Position numbers and translations under genes: made by a program | From: the human T2T-CHM13v2.0 reference genome, Homo sapiens | Reading direction: 5' to 3' (one strand) | Assembly: GCF_009914755.1 (NCBI RefSeq) | Contig: NC_060937.1 | Length of the DNA: 64,000 nt | Shown here: positions 1-14,559 of the stretch, one piece after another | Layout: every line of letters starts with the position of its first letter | Position numbering within the stretch: the stretch's first letter is position 1 | The notes under the pieces: model-generated | Databases searched by the model: none | What the model saw: the letters and a program-made list of their open reading frames with translations, nothing else | Told to the model about the DNA's origin: nothing

Positions 1-278
1 AATGAATGTAAATTAGACAGATGATGTAACATTTTCAGCTGAAAGTGTTTGTATAGCTGAAACTATAATAATTGTATTATTGTAGTATTGTTATACTACA
101 GCTGATAGTATAATAATATAATAATTTTTAATAATTATTAAAGAGTACAGAAAAATGACAACTTTATTCTGCTTCTGAAATTGTCACATCAAAGTATGGA
201 AAACGCTGACTTTTCTTAGGAAACATTTTTTTTTTCCACAATATTGCCAATAATCTATTAAGACATTATCCTTTATAG

Positions 279-802
279 CAGGGGTCCCCAACCCCCGGGC
301 CACAGACTGGTACCAGTCCCTGGCCTGTTAGGAACCAGGCCACACAGCAGGAGGTGAGTGACGGGCAAGCCAGCGAAGCTTCATCTGTATTTGAGGCTGC
401 TCCCTATTGCTTGCATTACTGCTTGAGCTCCACCTCCTGTCAGATCAGCAGCTGCATTAGATACTCATAGGAGCACGAACACTATTGTGAACTGCACATG
501 CGAGGGATCAAAGTTGTGTGCTCCTTGTGAGAATCTAATGCCTGATGATCTTTCAGTGTCTCCCATCATTCCCAGATGGGACTGTCTAGTTGCAGGAAAA
601 CAAGCTTAGGGCTCCCACTGATTCTACATTATGGTGAGTTGTATAATTATTTCATTTTATATTACAATGTAATAATAGAAATAAAGTGTGCAAAAATGTA
701 ATGTGCTTGAATCATCCCCAAACTATCCTCCCCCTCCTAGTCTGTAGAATAATTATCTTGAGTGAAACTGGTCCCTCATGACAAAAAGGTTAGGGACTGC
801 TG
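279..802 (+). mobile_element. MER1A, hAT-Charlie DNA transposon (non-autonomous), full length
   Basis: Starts CAGGGGTCCCCAACCCCCGGGC and ends AAAAAGGTTAGGGACTGCTG (terminal inverted repeats). Perfect 8-bp TSD CTTTATAG at 271-278 and 803-810. Confidence 0.92.
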
Positions 803-833
803 CTTTATAGGATAGACAGATATTCAAGCAATA

Positions 834-1706
<873 letters not shown>

Positions 1707-1723
1707 TTAAAAGTGTGGAAGCT

Positions 1724-1961
1724 GGCCAAGGTTGGCGGATCACTAGAGTTCAGGAGTTCAAGACCAGCCTGAGTAACGTGGTGAAATCGTGTGTCTACTA
1801 AAAATTCAGAAAGTAGCTGGGCATGGAGGCATGCGCCTGTAGTCCCGGCTACTCCAGAGGCTGAGGTAGGAGAATCACTTGAACTCAGAAGGCGGACATT
1901 GCAGTGAACTGAGATCACACCACTGCACTCCAGACTGGGTGACAGAGCAAGGCACTGTCTT

Positions 1962-1978
<17 letters not shown>
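1724..1978 (+). mobile_element. 5'-truncated Alu (J/S)
   Basis: Starts at GGCCAAGGTTGGCGGATCAC. Right monomer and poly-A tail are present. Confidence 0.88.

Positions 1979-2019
<41 letters not shown>
1979..2019. repeat. (TA)n microsatellite at Alu tail
   Basis: About 20 TA units seen directly. Confidence 0.97.
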
Positions 2020-2020
<1 letters not shown>

Positions 2021-2023
<3 letters not shown>

Positions 2024-2320
2024 GCTGGAAGCCATTATCCTCAGCAAACTAACCCAAGAAAACCAAACACTGAATGTTCTCACTTACAAATCGGAGCTGA
2101 ACAATGAGAACACATAGACACAGGGAGGGGAACAATACACACTGGGACCTGTCGGGGTGTGGGGAGCGAGAGGATTAGGAAAAATAGCTCATGCATACTG
2201 GGCTTAATATCTAGGTGATGAGTACATAGGTGCAGCAAACCACCATGACACACATTTACCTATGTAACAAACCTGCACATCCTGCACATGTACCCCAGAA
2301 CTAAAAATAAAAATTAAGAA
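2021..2320 (+). mobile_element. L1PA 3' end fragment
   Basis: GCTGGAAGCCATTATCCTCAGCAAACTAAC ... GGTGCAGCAAACCACCATGACACAC ... CCTGCACATGTACCCCAGAACT followed by an A-rich tail. Confidence 0.88.
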
Positions 2321-2927
2321 AATGTACATTAGCAAAGTTTCACTTATTTTGTTTCACATATGCAACTCATTGGCCATAATTCAGATGCATGTCCCCACCC
2401 TCCTGCGAGGAGGTTTAGGAAATAATATTTATTCTATCCTGTAACACAGCAGCTAAAAATCAGAGGTCTTTTTCACTGGAACAGAAGAGGAGAGGAGATG
2501 AGGAAAAACAACAAGGAATCTTTAACATTCAAAGAAAACGAAACAAAATATTTTATTTTTGCAATTATTTAGCAGCAAGTGTCATAAAATAAAAAGATCG
2601 CAAAAAGTCAGAGCTTGGATTTGAGTTCCACTCTGCTAATTATTACCTTGTAATCTTTAACAAGTAGTCTACAATAAATTTTATCATAATTTAAATGTAA
2701 ATGATATTTATAATTATTTTTATAATTACAAATGAAGCAATATTTGGGAAAGTAATTTGCAAATGCCAAGCCAATTGCAAATTGATGTGCCGTATTGATA
2801 TTACATTATGGTAGTGTTTAACTTACTGGATATACACACACATGATGTGTGCTCAAACTTTTTTCAATAAATTTCATAGTGCTGCTTGATGCTGATAAAA
2901 TTTTCCCTTAATCAAATTCATTCTACT

Positions 2928-3004
2928 TCATGAATCCCAGAAATTCTAAGTTGGGTATCGCTATAAAGCACCAGTCCTCAACTTAGAATTTCTGGGATTT
3001 ATGA
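2928..3004. repeat. 26-bp inverted repeat (1 mismatch), 25-nt spacer
   Basis: TCATGAATCCCAGAAATTCTAAGTTG (2928-2953) pairs with CAACTTAGAATTTCTGGGATTTATGA (2979-3004). Confidence 0.95.
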
Positions 3005-3023
3005 CGAGAATAGCCCTATTCTT

Positions 3024-3045
3024 CACACACACACACACACACACA
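3024..3045. repeat. (CA)n microsatellite
   Basis: About 11 CA units. Confidence 0.95.
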
Positions 3046-6000
3046 AAGGCTGATTGGGCCTTTTTCTCTTTTTTTTAGTATAATAACAGATAAATTTTTC
3101 AAGATTTAAAATTTTCCTGTTAAGAAAATTAAATATAGGCCTAGAAAGTGCAGTGGAATAGTGTTTTGTAGAAAAGAAGATTTATCTAACAAAGTCTGAC
3201 TAAATCATCAAATTTGGAGCAGCCCATTATAGGGGTATGAGAAGACTGTGTGTCAGTTTCAAGCCTATTGAAAGAATTAGAGGCTGCTCCTGGGAATGAA
3301 CCTAGTATAGTGTTTATGTCAAATTTTGCTTGGTTTGCATTGTGAGTAAATAAAATATACATTTATTAACTCTGTTGCTAATGTGGCAACGGGAACAGAG
3401 AGAAAAAGAGGAGATATCACCTGCTAATTAACGTTCTTAGTTCATAATTATAAAAATTATCATTGTAATAAAGATATTTTGATGTTAGCGTTTGTTATTG
3501 AATCCATATTCTGATTTGGTTTATGATTTTTTGTGTTCCAAAGTACAAAGTAACATTTTAACATAATATAAAACCATCCTTAAGATCTTATTAGTAAATA
3601 ATAGTGGAGTGATTGGTCACAGAATACCTGTTAATAAGCAAATTGCATGGTTGTGGAAATGTCACCCATGTAAAGTTTTCTAGCCACAGCATTTATTCCC
3701 AGACATCACTTGTTACATCTCAATAGTAATTGACATTTCATTAGACAATATACAGTGTCTCACACCTTTCACCGGGCATTTTGAGTCCTCCTAAAATACA
3801 GGAAATGCAACCTTCTTGAATTAAAATAGATGCATAATATTGTGGTAACTAGATTAAATTAGAAAATAAACAAAGTGAGCAAATTATTTTTTGTTACTAA
3901 GTAGAACAATATTACTATTTTGTGGAGTATTTTACTTTTATAGACATTTGTAATTTGTCCATCACAATTTTTTGCTTTATCATTTGTAAGTTGTTTACAA
4001 TAGTACTTTATCTTCCTTAAGTATACCAATAGGCCAGATAATTTTTGACATCGTTCTTGAGGCCATTTTCTTGAATCTCTGTTGTTTTGTATTTTAATTA
4101 TTGAGCTTATCCTTATCTGTTGCAACCATGTCAATTTTGATAAGTCTATACCTAAAAGCCGAGCATCTGATGATTCTAACACAATAGTCAAATGCACTGG
4201 TTTCCTGTGTCTCTTCCTTTGTCTTGGTTATTCTTTCTACCATGATAAGATTTTTACCCCTCTCAACAGTATTTCACCAGTGAAATTTGTTCCTTACCCT
4301 TTTAACATTCTTCTTTAAGGAACACATATTTCGTTGAATGAAAAGTTACAAAAAAAAAGAATTTTCTTCTTTCTCTCATCTAATAAAAGTCAATAATAAA
4401 TTTTGAATGCTGTAACTGATGAAATTATAGATTTTACTTTAAAATTGCTCTTATGGGTGCCAGATACTCCTCATTTTTAACTACATTTGTCATTACTCCT
4501 TGTTTTACTATACATATAAAACATACCCTCTGTTAACTCAGACTTTACTTCTCAAGTCATAGAATCATTGTTTTTCTTAAGTCTTCTAATTATTAAATTA
4601 TTCCAGAATTCACTTCATGTATTAATATGTGTGTGAGAGACAGCATGTGTATGTTTTCCAAGAAATACTAGGTTATATGCTACACTGCTGAGCTAAATTC
4701 ATACAAATTTGCTACAAGTTAATACAATATTTTCACATAAAAGTAATAGCTAGCATGAGTACAGCTAACTTAACCTGTGTTTTTTACAAATATTTTAAAA
4801 TATGTATATAAAAACAAAGTTAAAATGATGACATTGAATGAGCATTCCCTTCATCTGTGAAATATTTTGCAACTTAAGAAAACACATTTCATATCCACAC
4901 TGTTGGAGTCTTTTGTGTCAGATTACAACTGGATGTGTTTCTTTTTTAGTTATTTACAATAAAACAAACAAGGAAAAATTGAATCATATTGAATATTGAT
5001 CCAATAGTGTAGGTTTCATCTTTATAGAGTTGCCATCACTAATCCTATCTTCAACGATATGGTGTATCTGAGTCATGTATCTAGATTTAATTTCTTATGA
5101 CACATTTTATATTGATCTATTACATTTTCTATGCCTTAGGCACTGCTTTTACTTTTATGACACTCTTACTTATGCCAGTGTGTTTCCACAAAACAGATTT
5201 TGCCTCTGCACTTTACAGTACAATATAATTTCTTTCACTTTAGATCATTTTATATTCTCTAGGAAATTCAATTAGCAGTTTGCTCTTCGTGTTATCACGA
5301 TTTTATCAAATCTTTATTAAATATGAATGTATAACTTTTTCCAATAACAAACATATATTGTTTTATATTGGATATAATTGAATGAATTTCCAGAAGTCTT
5401 AAGGTAGATACTTTATTATTATTTTTTGCAAAGTTTCTACTTGATGGTATAGTGGCAGTTGAGAAATATATTAAAATCAAATAACAATGTAATTGACCAA
5501 TTTGTATGGGAGTCAGGCTAAGGTTGAATTGTCTCTTATTTTTATGATCCATGAAGACAGAGTTCTTTAGATTATTTCTTATGGCATGTAAATATGCCTA
5601 AAAGAGAGATGCCCACCTAACTGTGGTATTTTTGCCTGGATTTGACACTTACCATATGTACTTTGCTCACAATTACTATTTAATTACCTAAATTTGTGAA
5701 TAAATATGTACTTCTCAGTAGTGACTGCCTTATTCAACTTTGTTCCTTCATTAAAATTAACTCAATTATTGTCATGTAATAGGTGCTCAATAGTTGTAAG
5801 TTATATTGAATTAAATTGCTAAATAATCTCAGCATCAAACATATCTAAATTATAACTGTACCAAATGGGTATATCATGTGTAAAACACTACATAAAAGAT
5901 AAAGTATCGGGTTATGTTACAAATTATTTAAGACAGGTCTAAGAGAAACATGAAAGCAAGAATATGTCTGAAATTATCACATCAATGATAAACAGCAAAG

Positions 6001-7039
6001 GAAAGTGGTTGTTAAGTCATCCAAGTTGAAGAGGCATGTATCAATAATAAGTAAATACCACTGGAGCCCAAATAATGAATTGCCAAACAAAGAATAGTAA
6101 AGATTACAATTCGAACGTCAAGGTCAGTAAAAATATTTAAATATAGTACTAACTGCCTTAAGAATTGTAATAGTGAACTTTAAAGAATAATTATACTTCA
6201 AAAGCCTCTAACTAAGGGTGTTGGATATTATAAACTCTCTGAAGAAAAGGAGAAAATGATGGAAGAACATAAACATTGTGCAATAACTTTTTTGTTTGTT
6301 GTTTTTTGGGGGGGACCACAAATAGCATTTAGTTTGTGTATTCAATATGTGAATGAAAGTTTATCATTTCAAACATCCATTTGTGCACCAATATATTAAG
6401 GTATGAGTTTTAGTACGGAGGTTTAGTCCAAACACAAAACTTACATTGAACATAGAAAATCTATCCATTCCATGTATATTATTCTGTTTATGTAAACCTT
6501 CATGATTTATATGTTTACACACCAATAACTAAGAAACTGTACTTTTTACTGTGCTTCAGGGATTTTAGGGTTTCAAGCAAAATTTAAAGTCTTGTTACTC
6601 CTAAGTTAATCTTGTTCTTTATATAAACTCTGTGTGGTGTGTAATTCATAGCAACTTGAGAAGTAAATTTGTACTACTGGGTGAAATAATGGCTCAATGA
6701 GGAACTTTGTATATCAACACTATAATATATATTCATTATTATCCATAGGTGGGTAGTGCAGTTTGCAGGTTTTCTTAGCCATTAAATGATCTTATTTGTT
6801 TTGTTGTTGTTGTCATCGATAATGTTGTATCTAACCAGTAAGTCATAAAAAGCCAGAGATGCCTAAGAATAGCTTTTTTGAATCCCAAATAAATACACAT
6901 ATGTTTATAGAAATATGTATACATAAAACCATATATAATTACATATAAACATTATTAAATGTTACATAATTAAAAGATATGTATTATGTATAAAACATAT
7001 TTACATCTATATAACAATGACTTATAATAATTTTTTAAT

Positions 7040-8099
7040 TTTTGAAATTAAGAAAAAATGGCATACAACCCTACAGAAATTTAGACAAAATGCTTCCAAT
7101 GGCATATCACAAGAGGATGCCTAAATGACCAAGAATCATATAAAAAGGTGTCCAGCTTCAACAGTCATAAGGAAAATGCAAATTCAAACTGGGAAACCAC
7201 AGCACACCCACCAAAATGGCTGTATTTTAAAAAATAATTTTTAAAAAGTTTGAAAGATTAACAATATTGTGCATCAAAAATCAAATGCAATTCCAAAGCA
7301 CTGCTATTGGAAGTGAATTGTATAAACATTTTGAATAACTGTTAGACATTATCTATTAAAATTGAAGACATACATATTCAATGATACAGTTATGCTTTTT
7401 CTAAGTATGTATGCCACAGAAGCCTGTACAGAGATCTTCCAAAATACTTATAGGATAAGGCAGAGGTAGTTTATAGCAATTTTATTTATAATTTTATGTA
7501 TACATGTGTATGCCATAGAGTTAAACTATTAAAATAGTATAATGCATGCAAAAGAATAAATCTTTCTAAATAGCAAATGTACTTCAAAAATCCCAAAAGA
7601 GTGATACTCAGCGTATCAAATATTAAATAATAATGGCAAGGCAAGAGTAAAATATATATAGGGACTAGGGCCAAAACCAACACACTCACCAATGGAACAG
7701 CTGGACAGCTCAGAAATAGACACATGCGTATGGGAAACTTGATATGAAATAAAAGTGTCACCATAATATGAGAACATGATTACAATGTCTTAATTTTTAA
7801 AACAATTACTAATATCTGGAATGTACAAAGAACTAGAAATTGACAAGAAAAAGAAGTGAAATACATTATGGAAATGAGCACAAGTAATAAATAGGAATAG
7901 AAAGGAAAAGTAAGATAACTAAATGCTATATATGACTATGTTTTGTGTTGCCGCTCATAAGTTGATTAATGAAAATTGAAACAACATGATAGTACCTCAA
8001 AGCTGTCAACTTGTAAAACTTTGAACGTTGAATAACATCCTATTTTGGGAGATTAGTACTATTTTCCAATGCTGCTGAGCATTTGAACTGGTAAATACA
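7040..8099 (+). mobile_element. Ancient L1M ORF2/3' fragments
   Basis: Degenerate L1 motifs: AGTCATAAGGAAAATGCAAATTCAAAC, CACCCACCAAAATGGCT, CCAATGGAACAG...CAGAAATAGAC. Boundaries are approximate. Confidence 0.6.
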
Positions 8100-8527
8100 C
8101 AAACAGTTCCCTGATTTGCCATGGTTTGACTTACAGTTTTTTGACTTTACAATGGTGTGCAGATGAAACACATTCAGTAGAAACATACTCCAAATTTGAA
8201 TTTTGTTCTTTTCTAGGCAAGTAATAGGCAATACAATGCTATTTTGTTATGCTGGGAAGCAGCAGTGAGCCCCAGCTCCCAGTCAGCCAAGCAATACTGC
8301 TCTCATGAGTACTGTACTCTCCAATGTCCTGTGTTCAAGTTATAAAATAGACATTAAGTTATAAGACTCTGGCCAACTCTAGGCTACTATAAGTGTTCTT
8401 AGCACGTTTAAGGTAGGCCAGGCTAAGACAGGATGTTCAATATGTTAGCATATTAAATGCATTTTCAACCTATGATATTGTCAACATATGATGGGACACA
8501 AACCCATCATAAATCAAGGAACATCTG
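8100..8527 (-). mobile_element. MER47B (Tigger5-derived, TcMar-Tigger)
   Basis: Ends match MER47 TIRs (..AACCCATCATAAATCAAGGAACATCTG). Internal AAGTGTTCTTAGCACGTTTAAGGTAGGCCAGGCTAAG, plus the GCAGTGAGCCCCAGCTCCCAGTCAGCC block. Confidence 0.78.
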
Positions 8528-8636
8528 TCTTGTGGAAAATAATCTGGTTTTATTCAGTGAAATCAGTATGTGTATACTTGAAGACTGCAATTTCATCTAT
8601 TGATTTATATTCCAAACAAATTTTCAAAAATTTTAT

Positions 8637-9059
8637 TGTCTTAGTCTGTTTTTTGTTGCCATAAAGAAATAACAGAGATTGGGTAATTGATAAACAAAAA
8701 AGGCTTCTTTGGCTCACAGTTCTGAAGACTGTATGAGTTTCATTACACCAGCATCTGCATCTGATGAGGGCCTCAGGTTGCTTCCACTATGGTGGAAGGC
8801 TGAGGAGCCAGATGTGCAGAGATCACATGTGGAGAGAGGAAGCAAGAGAGAGGGGAGGTGCCAGACTTTTTTTTAAACAACTAGTTCTCAGGAAAACTAA
8901 TAGAGAAAAAAAATCACTCACTCTCCTCTACTCTTCAGAGAAGGTGTTTATTTATGAAGAATGTTTTCCCATGACCAAAATACCTCCCATAAACCCCACC
9001 TCCAACGTTAGGATTAAATTTCCACATGTGTTTTGAGGGAAAACATCAAAACCATAGCA
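8637..9059 (-). mobile_element. MSTB-like MaLR solo LTR
   Basis: TG...CA termini (TGTCTTAGTCTG...ACCATAGCA). Perfect 5-bp TSD TTTAT at 8632-8636 and 9060-9064. Confidence 0.85.
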
Positions 9060-9748
9060 TTTATGATTATACTTTTACAATAGCGATGTTTCTCGTGGAA
9101 GATATTTGGATGTAATCTAAATGTTCGTTACTAGGAAAATGGACAAGTAGCTAATATTTTTTAAGGGAAAAGCGAGTGTTTGAAAAGGTTTTTAAAAAGA
9201 AAATTTATAGAAAAAAACAGGTATGAAGATTTAAAAGAGAGACACCGAAAATATTATATATTTAAGAACACATATTTTATATTTTAATAGGTGTATCAGA
9301 ATGTAGAATGAAATATGACAGAGATTTCTGGAAAAACACTAACATTAAATTAACAGGAGAAAATTACTTCAAGTACATCTGGTAACAAAATCTGTGATAA
9401 GGGTAATCTGAAAATTCTCTCCTCTATAAATCCACAATAAAACCAGAATTTTAAAAAGCAGAAAATGTATTGTAAACATTAGAAGTGTAAATAATATAAA
9501 TACATGTGACATATAACAATGTATAGAATTTACCCAAAGGAAAAATGAAAATGAGTTAATAGAGAAAGCCTGAGCAAACTGCATGATATGCAGACAAATA
9601 AGAAAAAAGATAAATGTGATAAAAGAATAAAGGGTATAAAAAAGGGCAGTCAATAAATACCAAACATATTATAACTAATGTACATAAATTAGCAAAAAAA
9701 AGCACAGAAAATTATTCAAAATTGTAAAAGTTCAAGCTTGAATCTGTA

Positions 9749-9839
9749 GCGGTGAGCCGAGATTGCGCCATTGCACTCCAGCCTGGGGGACAGAGTGAGA
9801 CTCTGTCTCAAAAAAAAAAGAAAGAAAGAAAGAAAAAAA
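9749..9839 (+). mobile_element. Alu 3' fragment with A/(GAAA)n tail
   Basis: GCGGTGAGCCGAGATTGCGCCATTGCACTCCAGCCTGGG...CTCAAAAA. Confidence 0.88.
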
Positions 9840-10450
9840 GTTATGTCAGTCCGGTAAACTAAATAAAGTCAAGAAGTGTTTACATGTTAGACAGGGATAT
9901 ATTTATAATTATGGAGACTTTGCCTTCTTGGTTTGTTGGGACAACCTCAATTTGTGATTATTGTTATTCTTAATAATCAGGATACTTGCTTTACTTTCAA
10001 AATCATTCTTGGTGAACGAACACTCATGCAATACTTGCTGAATGTCTAAATTCCATTTTTAAATTTCTTAGACAAAATGTTCATTCTTAATTGTTATTTT
10101 CATGGCCTCCACAATTGCAAAATAAGGGAGAGTATACATTAGTTTTTCTATGGTTGATTGATATGATTTAAATACATAGTAGGAAAATAAGAACAACACT
10201 GCCATAACAGTGATCTGAGAAGAAGCTAGATGTTTGATATCTTCAGAAAATTATTTACTTTTTCATAAACCAAACATTCCCCTTTTCACAAAATACATGT
10301 AGTTTTATATGTGAACACTATACTATAAAATTATATTTCAATATCTGGTGTTCTGATATGCTGTGTTTAAAAGAGTCACAAAGAATAATTTTTGTATAGA
10401 AGACAAGAATATTGGTATATGAAGACATGAGTTTAGAAAAACTGAATATA

Positions 10451-10796
<346 letters not shown>

Positions 10797-12059
10797 CTAT
10801 TATCTAGAAATTTCAGCAGATTGGCAGTTGGAAGTATAGATAATTGAAAGTGGGTACTATAATAGTAGTGAAAGTTAACTAGTCAAAAAAATTTAAGAGG
10901 TGTGATAAGAACTATTTGACTGCATGCTGCTAACCTGTGGGTTATTCTGTAGTTTGCATCACAAAGAGAAATTGCAGGGGCAGGAGAGAAAGATAGAAAT
11001 AGCAGCTGGAGCTGAGATATTATGTCCAAAAAGTAAAGTCGAGTTATTTCTACTCCAATAAGCTAAGCACTTTTATAAAAAGAAGCTTCAGAATTTTTTA
11101 ATGCAAAACTATATTAAACCAGATACTTAAGAGACAACATGAATGGATATTGTACTATTCTGGAACTTAAAATATACAGTTATTTGTGAGCACAACCAGA
11201 AAAGTCTCTAACAGATTCCAAGAGCTTAATTCTACCTGTAAAAATAGAGGTGGTTGGAAAACTGGACAAGTTAGTTGAGGAAGTGTCCCAGATCAGTGAG
11301 AGATGGGAGATTTATTAAAGCACAAACACTGGCGGGTCATGCCCAATGAACTCTGCTGTCTGCCAGGAAGACAGAGGAATCTCTCTAGGACTTGTGGAGT
11401 CCAGGATCTCAGTGAAGAATTTTCACCCAAGGTAAAGGCTGAGCTGTAATAAAAAGAAGGCCCTATGGTAGAAAATACAGATCCATTACATGAATATAAG
11501 AGTAAAATCGAGAGACCTGGGAGCCAAAGAGGACAGCTTATGGCCAAGATATTCACACCGAATACCAAAAATTAAGGAAAATGAAACAAGGGCTTGAAAT
11601 TATATTAGCTAGAAAAGAGAATATCTAAATCTTATCTGATAAGAAAAAGATCTATGAAGAGAACATGAATACAATAGCCAAGATTATTGCAAGGAACTTG
11701 CCTAGTCTAATGACATTTTATTTCTTCACAGCAAAAGGGGAATAGAAATAAAATGTATCGTCACACTTTCTCATTCTAGAAGGCAGAAGTAGGTTTTGGG
11801 GGCCAGAATTTAATTAAAAAAAGATAAGTAACTGTTAAGCTATTACCATCCAAGTGTTCAGCATGTTTCACAGGAATCTTGCTTCAAATAGCATTTTCTT
11901 TATTACTTACTAACTTAGATTATTTGAATTAAATTAATATCCATAGTCAATTGTCCAAAGGAGCAAGAGCCTGTTCTGTGGTTAACTTTGAAATACTAAG
12001 TAAGTACTACTCCCACTGGATATGGACTTGTTAATTACAAGTGTATTTCAATGAACTAT

Positions 12060-12560
12060 CTTACTTCCTTTAACATAAGATGCCATCAATTACAAGGCAC
12101 ACCATTATTTTCTGTTAACACTAATTAATAGAAAAATTTACAAATCCAATTACGGAAAGATTTCTGATTGTGTTGCCTTTTTATTTTATATTTACAGAAA
12201 GAAGTCTTTCAAGTTTAATTAGACCTAGATATTTATTATGTATCATTCATGTGTATACATGAGGAAGGAAAACAAATTAAATAAATGGTCTAATGACTGT
12301 TTGAAATGTGTTTGTACTCAGAGTCATCAATGTTCATATTTCTTCATACAATATCAACCTCTGAGAAATCAAGAGGCTTGATTTGCCACATTTCTCAAAA
12401 TAACAATTTTAAGAATTGTTATCTCAGAATTTTCCTCCCAGCTGCTAAAGCCCATCCTGAAAGTTTGATGCTCATGGAAACACAATGACAACAAATTCAA
12501 CATCCTACCTAGCCTTCAGTGATTGTAAGATGAGCCAAGTTTCTGACATACTTGACTGAT
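12060..12560 (+). mobile_element. Kanga1-like (TcMar-Tc2) DNA transposon remnant
   Basis: TAAGATGCCATCAATTACAAGGCACACCATTATTTT near the start and GATTGTAAGATG near the end resemble the recalled Kanga termini. Highly diverged. Confidence 0.45.
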
Positions 12561-14079
12561 AAATTTGGAAATAATGAACTAGGAATTCTTGGCTCAACAA
12601 CTTTCTTTTTCTCTTAACTACCTGTCTGCAGACAACACAGTTCCCTTTCCATTTTCATGTGAAGACATTATAGGGCAGTCCCCAACGTCAGACCCCTACA
12701 GTCAGTGCTTTATGAACCCCACTCGTCCACAGATATATATCATCTTCTCAAAGTGATCTTCATATGCGTCTTACTTTCTTAATAGATTTAAATTCTTATC
12801 CAGGAGAAAATTATCTTTCAATACCAATGAAAGTAAAGTAAATGTATGCATCGCTTTGCATGTTTTACATACCATAGCCAGCAAGGTATGTGGTTGCAGT
12901 TTTAAAAAGACCGATATGAACTACACAGAGTGGAGTGAATTTTAGATGACAGATAAAACTCTGAATTAGATAGTTTCTAAAATATCCAGTAACAATACTG
13001 TTATTTGAACCAGAATTCATCCCAGGCGATCAAACTTTTCATTCATCTCTTATCTTATTCTTTAAACATAAGATCATTAATTGTCATTTATTGTTAGGCA
13101 TTTGAGAATAAATTATAAAGCAAAATAGACTTGTGGACAATCCCAAACTGTCCCCATTCTAGGGGAAAACATGCACAATTAAACAGTAGGCATAAAATGT
13201 GGCAAACTTTATTACAATAGTGATAAATTTCTATGGGACCATATATTACTATTAGCAGTATCACTATGTCTCCAGGCACACAGGTATAAAGAAATGTCAC
13301 TTAATTTCCTGTAAATTAATTCAATTTGTTCTTCAATCCTTCAATGCCTCTAGGCTCTTAGGAGATGCTGCCTCATTAATTCTAGCATTATTCTTTTCTG
13401 CATTTATATTTTGGTGCAATCATATAGTTAAAGAACATTTATTGAGTATCTTTAATAAACACTACATCTTACACCTCTGTATCCCCCAATATATTGCAGA
13501 TGCATAAATCATCTCTAGTGTTCATCTTACTTGGATAAAGGCAGGGAACAAAGTCCAGGTGTTGAGCTGTATAGATCCAACACTACTCTCTTGCTTCTCC
13601 TTTGCTGGTATAATTTTTTCCTATGATTATTGACTGGGTCGATTCTCTTTCTTCTACTAATGTACACCTTTTTACTGACAACCCTAGCCTTTCTTGAAGG
13701 TTTTAAGATTTTGAAGGCAAAATCCAGAAGTCCTGCTGACTTGTTCTATTTATTTTTTTACCTGGCAGACAATTCCCCTGAGGCAGAAAGACATGAGACC
13801 TGCTATGCTAAAAATTACAGAGAAAGAGAAAGAAGAAAATGTGGTAAGGCAGAAAGAAAAAAAAAAAACTTCACAAATTACATCTAAAAACATTATCTAA
13901 CACATCAGCCTAGGGATGGTCAGTAGGAATTACATTTCATCTGATAACTAAAGTATAATGGTCAAAATTGTTTGAGGCAGATGAAAAATTGTTTGAGAAT
14001 CCAAAGACATTTTATGCTTGTAACTGAGAGGTGTTCAATATAACCATAGCTGTGAGGTGAGAGGAGGTAAAAGTTATGG

Positions 14080-14245
14080 ATGGAGAAAAATAAGGCAGGC
14101 AGGATAAACAGGCCATGACTTCTAGAACTATATCAAACAGTGTTAACTTTTTTTAAGGCAATCAAAAATTTTGACAACATTTAAAGAAAAAAAAAAAAGA
14201 CAAGTGCTTTTTGCATTTTAGAAGTCTCACTCTGGTTTCAAGCCA
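14080..14245 (-). mobile_element. L2 fragment
   Basis: Degenerate L2 motif TTTGCATTTTAGAAGTCTCACTCTGG. Confidence 0.45.
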
Positions 14246-14559
14246 GAAGGAGAATCCTCACACCTTCTAAATGTTTCTTTTTCCCTGAAAGCTTTTATTG
14301 GACAAGTCATCTTTCCACCCTACTACTTTATTTGACAATATATATTGCAATTCAACCATAAAAATTAAGTATTTTTGGATAATAATTTTGATTTTCATAT
14401 CAAAGCCTATGCTTGATAAATTCCAATCAAAGCATATTCTACAATGAGAAAAATATATATTTTAAATACCATCAGAATTTCAAGCATGAAAACACTTTGA
14501 TATAATTAGCTACAAAATCATTGAGTTGAGTTTAAAAACAACTTGAAGAATGTATAAAT

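Noticed and set aside
3100-7000. Long AT-rich stretch without an obvious repeat or exon
   Set aside because: No ORF with plausible composition, no internal structure detected, and conservation cannot be assessed from sequence alone.
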